A stretch of 64,000 bases of DNA from Tubiluchus corallicola. Lineage: Eukaryota; Animalia; Priapulida. The notes beneath the pieces are model-generated. The model was given only the letters and a program-made list of their open reading frames with translations. It was not told where the DNA came from and made no database searches. Made by a program: the position numbers and the translations under genes. The stretch lies in NCBI GenBank assembly GCA_030141605.1, contig JAQGDQ010000590.1:1-64000 (forward strand), written 5' to 3'. Positions 12,790-25,358 of this stretch are shown here, piece after piece (position 1 is the stretch's first letter; each line of letters opens with the position of its first letter).

Positions 12790-13459
12790 AGCACAAGACA
12801 ACACTCCACTTACACAAGCTTAAAAATTCTTTTTGAAATTTTATACCACTAAACGGCTTTTTGCACACAGGGCTTGCGTCAGCAGTAATTCTGAATAAAA
12901 CATATAAATTTAAACACCGCTATGACCGTTAGACGCAGCCATTTTGACGAAAACTAATTTGAAACAAGTTTAGATAACACTGAGTAAAGTTTGAAAAAAA
13001 TCAGAGCATTTGTAGCGTACACGTTATTAACTAAGTAAAATTTTAAATTATTGAATCTTGTCAATAAGATTAAAAAGGAGTTTTGGTTATCGAGTGGCGC
13101 ACCCTGGAAATGAGTCAACGACAATTTACAATTGGTGAAAACATTTTAAATAATTATTAATTTTCTTTTCTAGTTACATAAGTCCTTCTAGCAGGCAAGC
13201 GAAATGCTAAGTAATATAATTTTGCATGGAAAGTTTTCTGAGACATAATTTAATATTTCCTTTTCTTCCCTGATTTACATTGTGCTTATATGACGTCATA
13301 TAATGGCGCTGTAGGAACAGTATTGCGGGAAATTTAAAATGGAAACAAACAAAATTCCTTTCAACGCCAAGACGATATACGCATAAAATTGCTATTAAAT
13401 AATATGATTTTTAAGGCGATTTTTCTGAAACCTTCTTCAGGTACCCCTTTTCTTGTCCT
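12790..13459 (+). mobile_element. Non-autonomous TTAA-target DNA transposon, family X (Kolobok-like)
   Basis: TTAA|AGCACAAGA ... TCTTGTCCT|TTAA termini. Related copies at about 4812-5460 (-), 28720-29155, 48740-49075, 49405-49856, 57857-58375. Confidence 0.75.
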
Positions 13460-13575
13460 TTAAATCTGTAAATGACGACGTATCAACGAATAGGCCTACA
13501 ACTACGAACCGATAAAGAAATGCAGTCACGAAAGTTAGCGTATATAGAGTTTTTATCATTATAATGAGGTGCATA

Positions 13576-14243
13576 CAGTGGCGGTTCGTGTAGGGGTACT
13601 GTGGTACTGCAGCACCCCCTATTTTCACTCAATATTATCGATAATGTTCAATATAATAACTAGTTTTTCTTTAGTTCTTTCTTTATACTCGTACGGAACC
13701 AGAGCACGTGAGGGTAGTACTGTTTGCTTCACAGCCCAGCACAGTGGTGTGTTTGGCTGTTGTGCGCATGCGAAGCACATGTCTGAGATAACACACTGTA
13801 CGCTAGCACCTGCAGCTAGGCAGAGAAAGTACTGTCGCTCACACAGATTGTCAATTGTCACCTGCTTAAAAACCTGTAGGCTATTTGTAAGCAAAAAATT
13901 GTGCGCTCCAGCAATGCGGTGTTTGTGCGCATGTGGTCATGTGCACATGTCTGAGCCCAGGTAGAGAAAATACTGTCGCTCACACAGTTTGTTGTCAGTT
14001 ATCACGTGTCTACTGTGAATGAATCAAGCTTGAACAGTGAAAATTTAGGCTATTAGTAAGCAAAAAATATTTTGTTTAGGATTTTATCAAGTTTACGTAT
14101 AAATTTGGTATGTTTGTTTGTTTAAAGTTACATTTATAATATTAAGATTACACTTGTTTGTTTTTTAATTTACACTGTACTAAGACAACGGTAAAAAATT
14201 TTCTGAACCAACAACCCCCCACTTGAGACATGAACCACCACTG
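13576..14243 (+). mobile_element. hAT-like MITE (CAGTGGCGGTTCG...GAACCACCACTG); inverted copy at 24863-25358
   Basis: Short TIRs and about 450 bp shared in opposite orientation with 24863-25358; TSD not clear. Confidence 0.65.
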
Positions 14244-14282
14244 TGCAAACATATCAATACAATTACAGACATTTTTGTTCTG

Positions 14283-14640
14283 CGTTAAGCGAGCTTAATT
14301 GGCATTATAAACAAAAATTTGGGCGTTAAGCGAGGTTAATTGGCATTATAAACAAAAATTTGGGCGTTAAGCGAGGTTAATTGGCATTATAAACAAAAAT
14401 TTGGGCGTTAAGAGAGGTTAATTGGCATTATAAACAAAAATTTGGGCGTTAAGCGAGGTTAATTGGCATTATAAACAAAAATTTGGGCGTTAAGCGAGGT
14501 TAATTGGCATTATAAACAAAAATTTGGGCGTTAAGAGAGGTTAATTGGCATTATAAACAAAAATTTGGGCGTTAAGAGAGGTTAATTGGCATTATAAACA
14601 AAAATTTGGGCGTTAACCGAGGTTAATTGGCATTACAAAC
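14283..14640. repeat. 41-bp minisatellite, about 9 copies (gcgttaagcgaggttaattggcattataaacaaaaatttgg)
   Basis: Head-to-tail units, no spacers. Confidence 0.95.
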
Positions 14641-14922
14641 GAGGCGTTACATTGACGTTTGAATGTGGTCTTTACTTGTACAACAGGTGAAAAGTGTTCA
14701 GGCACGCAAAACACAGACAGAATTTTGTTTCACTTGAATCACTTTTGTCAAATTAATAGTTACAATAGTAACTTGGCTTCAATAGAGATACTTTCCGAAA
14801 TATCGAAATGGCTGCATTGTCGACGACGAACTTGTAAAGAAATGATTTTGTGGGATGGTTGAAACAGTCAATCATTGAAAATATGTCAGTATTTGATTTC
14901 GTATGAATCACTTCTGTAGTTA

Positions 14923-15446
14923 TAGTCAATCTCGGGTATAAGGTACTCGCTTATAACGGACTTTCACTTACAAGGGACCACCAACCCCTTTCCCGATTTT
15001 TCGTAACATTTTTCCTATGTAAAAACCTTCGTATACAGGTACTCGGACATAAGGGACTTTCGGTTATAAGGGACGATATCTACAGGTCCTGCATATATAT
15101 ATATATAATAGATAGATATAATAGAAAGCCGGGTAAATTACCTCGCATATAAAGGACCCTATGATCGAAGCGAAATTGATTGATTTTTAACCTCAATTTT
15201 TCACAAACTCGGCCTTCGAACAGCTCGGTTTCCGCGATCACATACATCTCGCATCACTAAAGGAGCTTCCTACCTACCGTTTGCACTGAATGTGTAGCAA
15301 TAATCAATAAAAATATGGGTAAAAGTTCAGAAAAGTACAGAGCTAGATACACCCTCGATCTGATTCAACTTCGGCTATAATGGACATCGGATATAAGGGA
15401 CGATTTTTTCTGGCCCGGAGGTGTCCCTTATATCCGAGGTTGACTG
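14923..15446. mobile_element. Tc1/mariner (pogo/Tigger-like) MITE
   Basis: TA|tagtcaatctcgggtataagg ... ccttatatccgaggttgactg|TA imperfect TIRs with subterminal tataagggac repeats. Confidence 0.75.
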
Positions 15447-15814
15447 TATTTTCTCTGCTTCCTGTAATTCTCAATAATTCTGATTTGTTTATTAATAATT
15501 ATAATAATATAAAAATACATTATATAATAACATTATGTTGCACTATCATAGCTTCGTTAGTTTTATTTGCGTTTATCAATTTTACTTGCACAATGGTCAA
15601 ACGACATGCATGCTTTTCTACACGAGAATTTGTATTTGTATAATGTGTTGTATATTTGTGATTTAAGAATTGCCCATTGCGTAAATGTCACATTCACATT
15701 ATCACGTGCTGCCATCTGTTAGAGCTACTGAAAAATTGAAACAGCAGATCTTGTTCCTCAACTTTGTTGTAAGCTCGTTTTTTTGCAAAATAGTTGCATT
15801 TTTGATAAACTTAA

Positions 15815-16397
15815 AGCAAATTCGGAACCAATTTTAAACTGCAGGTCAAAACAATCTACTCTTTAACATATTGAAAGGAAACACACTAATTTTTCAAAAA
15901 TGATTTACGTGAAAGAATTACTACCATACAAACACAATTTCATGTTCGCGCCACTAGTTCTTCACTCTTGCGTGCATTTCACCATTCGTTAGTTAGACGG
16001 GCCTGCATTTCGAAAATGCATTGCGCAAAAAACAGGTGCTGTACGTCTCAGTTTGTGACGAACTACACACGTTCCACACAGCGGTAAATTTGAAATGTGA
16101 ATTTTTTATCTTAAAACTTGTCTAGTTTTAGAACAACACATTAAATATCTTACAGTAGCATTGTACTTCAATTTTTGCTTTCGAAAATGTGTGCAACATG
16201 CTCGTAGAATACTTTTGCTTTTGAAAATTATGTTAGTTTGTGATGTCATCAACAGTTGGGCTCGACCGCTGTTAATTAAGTTTTTAATCAATTATTCACT
16301 TATCAGAAACGCTCTTGCAGTATTTATTGTTTTAAAATGTGTACTTTTATTGGATTTGAAAATGGAGTAGTATAAGAAAAATCATCCTTTCTTCCTT
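15815..16397 (+). mobile_element. Non-autonomous TTAA-target element, family Y (Kolobok-like)
   Basis: TTAA|AGCAAA start; internal sequence shared with 33645-34228 (-), 50572-51597, 10776-11206, 12050-12230, 62830-62916. Confidence 0.75.
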
Positions 16398-17449
16398 ATG
16401 TTTGAAAATTGAAGGTATAATATGATTTACGAAAATGAATCACCACAAAGAACCAAACCCATATTAGACAGACTGACTGTGCCAAAAGCATGCTTACAAT
16501 CATAATAAAAGTGCAAAAACCATAATGAATCTTCTTAACCATTTATTTATGTAGTTTTGTAAAAAAATACTAATTTCACTTAACCGAGTGCAATTGATTA
16601 AACAAACATTTAAGTTTCCATACTATGAATTTAACGTAACTGACATATCAGACAATATAGATTTATATCCTAACTAAAATGCAATAAGTAATTTATTGAA
16701 TTTGAAATACATAATTAGATAAAAAAATCTAAGTACTGTTTACTGTTCATCAATAAATAGAAAGTCCTTCAACTGCAACATATTTAGATACTTATGTAAC
16801 ATATTTACAATTAAGATAATGCTAAAAATAAAAAAAACGCAGTTAAAATATTTTTGTAAACCATGATACACAAACACGCGTACAGAACAGAAGTACAATT
16901 TGAACCTAATTATGCAAAGCAAAATAGTCATGATTTGTGTGATAGAAGCCAACGCAATGCACATAGAAGCCAACAAACTCTTCTATTCAATTTACTATAA
17001 TCAGTTGAGCATAAAAAAGTTTAATATCAAGCATAATTTGGCATCTACGTTACACATCGAAAATTCATGCTGTTTAGCAGGTCACACTTTATTACTATTA
17101 CTTGTCTCCAAACAGAAAAATCAATCCAGATTTGAACCCTGGACCTCTTGGCTGCCTTTGCAACAATATGCAAAGTGTGTTCACATTACTTTGAACACAA
17201 ATAAATTTAAAAAACTATCCTACCATCGAAACTACCTGCCTCTACAAACATTTAAACTGCTTCAATTTACAAAACTAATTTTATCAAAGGTACACCATGA
17301 TGCAAAAAATCAATAATTACAGCTTTTATCACAAGAATGTTAATACTGACCTGCTGGACTAATGGAATTCTACATTTCGTATACAACAACTGACACATCT
17401 ATGTAGTATCTACGGTCAAGTAGATTTGCCAATGTGTACTTTATAATAG

Positions 17450-17853
17450 TGTGGGATGCCCTGAATCTCGACACTAGGCGGAGGAGCTGCATAAGCAGCC
17501 AACGGCGAGAGGGCAGAGGAGGTCAAGTGACCCAACGGCCATGTGTAGAGGAGTAAACCTTCCAAATCAGGAGTGGAGCCCCGAAGGCGGACCAGCGGAG
17601 CATGCTCACTGACTCCAGCAGCCAACCTGGTGCCAAACGCATTGCTCCGCTTTCCTTTGGACTACACCAGGGAGGAAGAGAGGGGGTTTCTGTTGTCTGG
17701 GTAACTCAGGATCTCCATACACCTGGAGAGGCCACTCCAGTGGTTCAAGGATCAGATTGCTCAGCCACAGTCGAAGTTGCAGTTCCATCAATGTGATCAA
17801 TGACTGACTCTCTTGGCGCACACTCCATTGTCTTCCGAGACAGAAGGATGCCA
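17450..17853 (+). mobile_element. Non-LTR (RTE-like) retroelement 5' region fragment; second copy at 30439-30812
   Basis: Two about 370-bp copies clearly homologous; gaggagtaaacc...ggagtggagcccc...ctggtgccaaacg...tttggactacaccag resembles RTE 5' UTRs from recall (family call is not database-verified). Confidence 0.55.
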
Positions 17854-18161
17854 ACAATAATACTTTATAACACCATGTAGACGTTATTTTTTCACCAATA
17901 AGTCTGAGTGGGAGAGATGGTGTGTTCAAGAGATACATCAACTTTGTTGCCCCACCCCAAGGACATTTTACAGCTGCGCTTTCCACACCTGAGCGCCAGA
18001 AACAGGTTGTCTGCAGCAAAAAACTTATAATTCCCTGATTTCTACGTGTCAACACAAATTACGAAAACCTACGCATTGATTTTTTGTCAAAAGTCAGAAA
18101 CAATTGCCTGCCATCTAAGAACAGTCAAATATTGTGCAATAACAGTTCTAATAGGGTCACA

Positions 18162-21100
18162 TTAAACGAATGTGGACATCTTGCGCCTTGAACGAATGAA
18201 CGCCATTCCGTGCGAACGCAAGTGAACTTTCATCTGACTTTCATCATCAAACTTTTTGTGACAAACGCTGCATTCCAGAGGATCGTCAGAAACACGCGCC
18301 ACTGCTTCTTTGTCAGGCGAGATCGACAGATCGTGCACGAGTGTGATTGGTTCTTCCTTTTCTTCGAACTGGCTGGCCGGTCGTTTGATCTTGTGGACCA
18401 TAAACAGGTGTTTCTTCAATCCCATTCCAGCAACGAAACACAAGCCGCACTCACCGCACTGGTAAGCAGAGTCTCTATGGTGGGCTATGTGGGTTTGAAA
18501 GTGCTCACTTTCCCTGCAGGAATAATCGCACTTGGCACACCTGTATTCTTCATCTCCTTCGACGCGCAGTCGTTTGCTAGTCGTATGTGACAAGCCTAAA
18601 CCAGGAGTCTTCAATTCCAGTTTTCTCTTTTCGCGCACTTTCAACTGCATCCAGTCAATTTCATCTCGAGGAATGTTATGCCCCAGACATATATGGCTAG
18701 CAAGCTGTTTCTTGCTGGTAAAGCATTTGGATTTGCAAATCCAGCAAATGTACGGGTGCGGTACTTTCACCATGTGAACCTGCTGCACGTGACGCTCAAA
18801 TTTTTTTATAAAGTTCGTCTGGAAACCACATTTATCACAGGTTCTCAGGCATCCCGCCTCATCCGGTTTTTCTTCCACAGAGTAAAAACTGTACTGAGGC
18901 AATTCAACCCCTCTCAATTCTTTTTCAGTGAGTCTTTTCAACAGTACAAAGGGCCTAGAGGAAAGTCGCTTATCTGGCGATTTCGAATGCAATGATTCTG
19001 AAGAGGTAAAAGAGGTGACGTTTTTAATAGTTTTATTAATGGTGTCATCTATAGGGGATAGCAAGCTGGGCGGGCGGTATTCGTAACGTGTGTTTTTAGC
19101 AGAATTGTGCTCAACCATGTAGTGAAGTCTAAGAGCGGCATCATCGGGAAAGGGCAAATTTTGACACGCGGTGCAGACAGAAATACCGTCATTCTCGTGA
19201 CGTCTTCCGTGTAGTACCATTCCGCTGTTGGAGGAGAATGCCCCGCAACACGTCATACAGATGAGTTCGACTTTGCGATGAGCGGCTCTCACGTGGGCAC
19301 ACAGAGTCGCATGATCAGGCATGCGAGCGTGACAGTACACGCACGTCACTGCACTCAGATGAGTTTGGAATGACAACACGTTCACGTCGTGTTCCAAGTA
19401 GCAATGTAACTCGCGCGAAGTTCCTTGCGACTCATAATCTATGCCACATTTTGAGCACGTACTTTCATTAGTTTCATTTAACCTTGATGAAGAATGGCCG
19501 ATAAGATGTTCTTTGCTAACGTGCACAATCATTTGCCGTTCGTCTCTAAAAATCTTATGACAATCTATGCATTTGTACATGAACACAGCAGCAGATGCTT
19601 TGGCTTGTAGATGATCCCAAATATGCTTTGACATGAGAAGCTTGGAGTGGTAGACCACACGGCAATAAGGGCATCTGCAAACGACCTGACTCGTGGAAGC
19701 CATCTGAGGATGCGCTGTTTTGCAGTGTTTCCAAAAATCTGCCATGGACGGGACGTAAGTGCGAGGACACTTAGAACACATTAGCAATGATGGCGTGTGA
19801 GAGACCAAAACATGGGCATTAAGCAACTGCATGTCTGCATAACACTGGCCACAAATGTCACAGTGAACGCCAAGAGAACGTGAATAATGGAAACACTTGT
19901 ATCTCATGTGGAGCATCAGTTTGCTACTGGATTCGAGCACCAATCCACATTCGGGGCAAGTGAATGGAGGCTCCAGTTTGTGAGAACGCTGGTGAGCCGA
20001 CCAAGCGCATTTACTTTTACCCAGCTGGTGAGAGCAAATAAGACAAATTCGGAGATCTTTTCTGCTATGCGGCGAATCTCGACCGAAGTGCTCACGTGCA
20101 TCAACGACCAACTTGCACTCCGTGCACACAATCGTATCTGTTGCTGCAAATGATTTTGCTGCGCCAATGGTCAGTTTGGATGCAACCGAATTCGGTACTA
20201 CTACACCAGTGATACTCTCAGAAGATGCACCTTTCAAAGCGTCCCGCAACCAGTTTGTTCCCGTACTGCTCTTCGTTTTCAAAGATCCCAGTATTGAATT
20301 AGCAGGTAAAGTTACGCCAGTACTAGGTACAACTCTCATAGGATTCGCTTGTTTGTGTAAAACAACACCTTGTTTTGGTTTTAAAATGGTGAGTGGCAAT
20401 TTGCCAAAATCTGATTTGATTTCCGCTGCGCCAAAATGTGATTTAACTTGAAATAATTTGGTGCAGCCAGTCTTTGGATCTTCTGTACCCCGAGGAGAAC
20501 TTTGACACTGAACGTGAGGCAAACTGCCATTGCTTTTGTTAATAACAGAAACAATTTTTGTAAATCTGTTGAAAGGGTGGCTAATCACTTTAACGTTTGC
20601 ACTTTGTCTAGGTTCATTTAATGTCGGCGTTGAGCAAACTACCATTGGTTTATCATTTACAAAAACTGTTTTCGACAAGACCTTAACTGGAGCCGATGAG
20701 AACGTTGACAAACTTGCGCTCGATTCGACTAATGTCGGTGTTGAGCAAATCGTTACTGGTTTATCGTCTACCAACAATGTTTTTGGCAAGATCATCATTG
20801 GAGCCGATGTAAAAGTTGACTGACTTGTGATTATTTCATTTAATGATGGTGTACATGAAGTTACTGTTGGTCTGTCATTTGCCAAAGGCGTTATTGGTAA
20901 AATCTTAAGTGAAGCCGATGTAAAAGTTGACTGATTTTTGATAGTTTCGTTTTCCGATGAAGCCTCGGTGAGTCCAGACAATCTGATATTGGAAACGACG
21001 GACGTTTTTAGTAAATCGGGTAACGGACTGGTAATGGATACAGTGCGAAAGTTGTACGCCAGAGATTTTCCGTACTCGCACGTATGCTTACGAAGGTGAT

Positions 21101-21373
21101 GAAAGAACGCACAGCGGTTATGGACCGTAACAGTGCGGTTGCAGTACGAGCACATGAAATCGATGACCATGCCACAGCGGGACATGTGCTGCTTTAAGCT
21201 TTGAGCGAACAAGAACGTGTCGTTGCATTCCAAGCACTTGTGAGTCCCTGACGAGGTTTTGTAATGTTTCGGAGCCTCCTCGGGCCTGTAAAGCGGAGTC
21301 ACCCTGTGACTCCTTAATAAGGCAAAAGTCACATCAGCAGGTACACAAGTTTTAACACTGGTATTTGCAGCAA
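18162..21373 (-). CDS. ZNF532: ZNF532/ZNF592/ZNF687-family multi-C2H2 zinc-finger protein, main coding exon
   Basis: HKCLECNDTF...SLKQH..R....CSYC.....NRCAFFHHLRKH, HQRSH...PFTCPECG, QCGECGLCF...LKKHLFMVHK and C-terminal HLRSHGMAFIRSRR match family signatures; paralog assignment among 532/592/687 is nominal. Confidence 0.9.
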
Positions 21374-22670
21374 CTGTTGAACTGTCACTTGTAGACATAA
21401 GTGGTGACACCAAACTGTCACTTGTAGACGTAAGAGGTGACACCGAACTGTCACTCATAGAGGTAAGAGGTGACACCGAACTGTTACTTGTAGATACAAG
21501 AGGTGACACCGAACTGTCACTCATAGAGGTAAGAGGTGACACCGAACTGTTACTTGTAGATACAAGAGGTGACACCGAACTGTCACATAGAGGTAAGAGG
21601 TGACACCGAACTGTTACTTGTAGATACAAGAGGTGACACCAAACTGTTACTTGTAGACGTAAGTGGTGACACCAAACTGTTACTTGTAGATACAAGAGGT
21701 GATACCAAACTGTTACTTGTAGATACAAGAGGTGACACCAAACTGTCACTTGTAGATAAGGGGTGACACCGAACTGTCACTCATAGAGGTAAGAGGTGAC
21801 ACCGAACTGTTACTTGCATATACAAGAGGTGACGCCAAACTGTTACTTGTAGATGTAAGAGGTGACACCAAACTGTTACTTGTAGATAAAGAGGTGACAC
21901 CAAACTGTTACTTGTAGACATAAGAGGTGACACCAAACTGTTACTTGTAGATACAAGAGGTGACACCGAACTGTCACTCATAGAGGTAAGAGGTGACACC
22001 GAACTGTTACTTGTAGATACAAGAGGTGACACCGAACTGTCACTCATAGAGGTAAGAGGTGACACCGAACTGTTACTTGTAGATACAAGAGGTGACACCG
22101 AACTGTCACTCATAGAGGTAAGAGATGACGCCAAACTGTTACTTGTAGATACAAGAGGTGACTCTGAACTGTTACTTGTAGACGTAAGAGATGACGCCAA
22201 ACTGTTACTTGTAGACATAAGAGGTGACACCAAACTGTTACTTGTAGACGTAAGAGGTGACACCGAACTGTTACTTGCAGATACAAGAGGTGACTCTGAA
22301 CTGTTACTTGTAGACATAAGAGGTGACGCCAAACTGTTACCTGTATATGTAAGGGGTGACACCAAACTGTTACTTGTATATGTAAGAGGTGACACTGAGC
22401 TGTCACTTGTAGATGCAAGAGGTAACATCGAACTACCACTCGTAAACATAAGAGGAGACATAGAGCTGTTACTTATAGATGTAAGAGGTGACAACGAAAT
22501 GTCACCCGAAAAAGTAAGAGGTGACACCAAATTGGCACTTGTAAACGAAAGAGGTGACACTGAACTGTCACTTATAGACGTAAGAAGTGACACCAAACTG
22601 TCACTCATAGTCGTAAGAGGTGACACCGAACTGCTACTTATAGACCTAGGCGGTGACATTGAACTGTTAC
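21374..22670 (-). repeat. 33-bp minisatellite (about 39 units, reading SPLVSTSNSLV-like) inside the ZNF gene; contains three small deletions
   Basis: Unit aagaggtgacaccgaactgttacttgtagatac on +; deletions near 21889 (-1), 21759 (-2), 21586 (-2); stop at 21781-21783 in the upstream frame. Confidence 0.95.
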
Positions 22671-23261
22671 CTGTAAGCATAGTAGGTGACACTGTTTTCG
22701 CTGAATTGGCAGTAACTGTGATGTCAACAGCAAGCTTAGGATCAAATTTAACATTTTTGTCAGAATTATAGTTAACATACACAACAGTAGGTGCAGAATT
22801 AGTAACTTCTGAAGCAGAATCTGTAATACGCTTTAAATGAGGCAAGACTTTTAACCGAGAGACTTTGCCGTTGGTCGATTTTTCACTTTCACTTTCACTT
22901 TTTACAGAAATCACTTCGTCTTTCCGCATTTGTTGTGTAATTTCCACTTGCTTAAGTAACTCTGCTGAAGTCTTCGTTAAGTGAGCGGAATGGATGGTAG
23001 CTGGATGAACGCTTTCTACAGGAATTAGTCGATGTAAACTTCTTACAGAAGTGACCAACGGCATATCATTGCTCACCGATGCTGCAGACACAGGTTTCTC
23101 ACTTGCTGTGCAGCTACTTGAGACAGGCTCCGAATGTTCTCTGATCTTCCCCAAATGTTCAACATTCGCAGTCGATTCTATCCTAGTTTTCTGCAGTTGC
23201 ACCAGGGTGTCTGGCCACTCGGTCTCGGACTCAATGGTATCAATGGACATAGTGTCGTCAT
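22671..23261 (-). CDS. ZNF532: ZNF532-like, N-terminal low-complexity coding segment
   Basis: Acceptor ttctttagtttcag at 23262 in phase 1 with the upstream exon; open frame DDDTMSIDTIESE...SPTMLT. Confidence 0.75.
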
Positions 23262-23661
23262 CTGAAACTAAAGAATGGCACTTCAATGGCGCGTTTGATC
23301 TACATAAACATGCAGAGTGCTAGGATGGATAAAACTTCACAAAGGAGTAAAGTTAAAGGTTGGCAAGTTCGGTTGTGAGGCAATGCACATGCTCCAGAGT
23401 TAATAGGGCCAGTCAAGATACATTTTACAAAAAATCCATATCAGTTTACATGCATATAGGAGAGTATTTCGCTACAGTACAATGTATCATTACATCAACT
23501 GACTGTATAATATAGGACGACTTCTCTTCAACCCCTCAACACACAACACAACTTCAACACTTACATAGTTAAGATGTAGTTTAATTATAGAACTAATTAA
23601 AAAGTTGCGCGCTACTACATGCTTAGAGCAGTGAAATGTCCAACAGAATGAAGTTCTTTAC

Positions 23662-23758
23662 CTTCTAGCAAGTCGGGCATTTTGCCTTCCTCCTTTTTCA
23701 TCACTTTCAAAATTTCCACATCGTCACTGTCTCCACCATCAACAGTAACATCAGCCAT
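23662..23758 (-). CDS. ZNF532: ZNF532-like first coding exon (MADVTVDGGDSDDVEILKVMKKEEGKMPDLLE)
   Basis: ATG at 23758, donor gaag|gtaaag, phase 1 compatible with next acceptor; DLL motif echoes the family N-terminus. Confidence 0.7.
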
Positions 23759-24862
23759 CACTAGTAAGCTGTAACAATAGTAATGTTATTATCAAAACTT
23801 TAAGACGGTGTTTCAAAAAAGAAGCATGGAAGTGATGCCACGGCAGGCTTCTCTCAACTCGCTTTATATCTAAATATGTTAGCGGGTTAGTTCCGTTTTT
23901 GCCAATTCAATTCAATTCAAAACGTGCATTTATTTCCATATTCATGATGTAACTGAGGCAAGTAAATGTATTTAATTATCACAATGGAAATAGGATGGTG
24001 AAAGACCAAGAAGGTCAACTAGTCAAGCCATCCTTCAATGGATGTATGTGATTATTGGGATGACACTGTAGCTATTTCGCTCATGAATAGTAGCGAAATT
24101 ACATCATTACTATTTTACTTAGCAACTTGATCTGTTTAAAATTCACTAATCAACTTTAAATAACTGAAGGATGAAAATGCAATCAAAGATATCTAAACAT
24201 ATGAGAAAATGATAAAGAAAAAGCAATGGTAAGTAAAAGCCAAATAATGTGGTACAAATGAATACAAAAATGATCAAAATTCAAGCTGTCATATCGTCCA
24301 TGCATAACTCAAAATGAGAAAAATATGCAAAATAAGAACAATAACATTAAATGAAAAATAAAGAAAAACAAGTTAAATGAAATGAAAAGCAAGGTAGCTA
24401 AACAGAAATTTAAATAAATTTTCAAACAGGGAACTGAATCAAAATAATTAAAATAATAACAAACGTGTCTGATTAATAAACAAAACACAAGAAAAACAAG
24501 CCATGAAACAGGGCTGACATATTGGTATTAGAATTTTTTATATCATCGTGATAAACAAACTTCAAACTTAAATAAAGTATTAAAATAAGTGACCAAAGAG
24601 TTCGAGCAGTTTGCCAACAACTGTGCTGCTTGTTGCACATGTTCAGAACTGGGCCGGATTAACGCATAAGCACACTAAGCACGTGCTTAGGGCACAAAGC
24701 CGGCAAAAAATAAATTGAAAACACGTAAAGTTTTATTAAAGTATGCTAACAAAAATTCAAATAAAGTTGATAACAGCATTAGCAACTGTGTTACTGGTTT
24801 GAAAACATTATTCATTTTCAATAATTCAAAATTTTATTCAATTTAGCTCTTTAGTATTAGGT

Positions 24863-25358
24863 TCAGTGGCAGCTTACAGCTAAAATTCACAAGGGGTGCT
24901 GCTTCAAAAAATGTTTAGCTATGTTTTTATACTGTGTAAAAAAGAAACAAACATATGTAATTTTAATGTTGTAATTTATAATTTTAAATAAACAAACATA
25001 TAAAAGCTTATACATAAACTTAATGAAAGCCTAAACAAAAATTTTTTTGCTTACTAATAGCTTAAATTGTCGCACTTTAAGCTTGATTCATTCACGGTAA
25101 GCATGTGACAGCTGGAAACTGTGTAAGCGACAGTACTTTTTCTACCTGGGCTCAAGACACGGCTGCATGCGCACAACAGTCAAACGCATGTTGCCGGAAC
25201 GCACTGTGCTGGGCTGTGAAGCAAACAGTGCTACCCTCACGTGCACGTATGAAGAAAGAACTGAAGAAAAAGACTTATTACATTGAATATTATCGATAAT
25301 ATCAAGTGAAAATAGGAGGTGCTGCAGTTCTACAGTACCCATACACGAGCTGCCACTG
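24863..25358 (-). mobile_element. hAT-like MITE, inverted relative of 13576-14243
   Basis: cagtggcagct...gagctgccactg TIRs; shared internal sequence. Confidence 0.65.

Noticed and set aside
14283-14640. Possible CRISPR array (41-bp periodicity)
   Set aside because: Units are head-to-tail with no unique spacers, no cas genes, eukaryotic context. Same for the 26-, 32-, 33- and 66-bp arrays.
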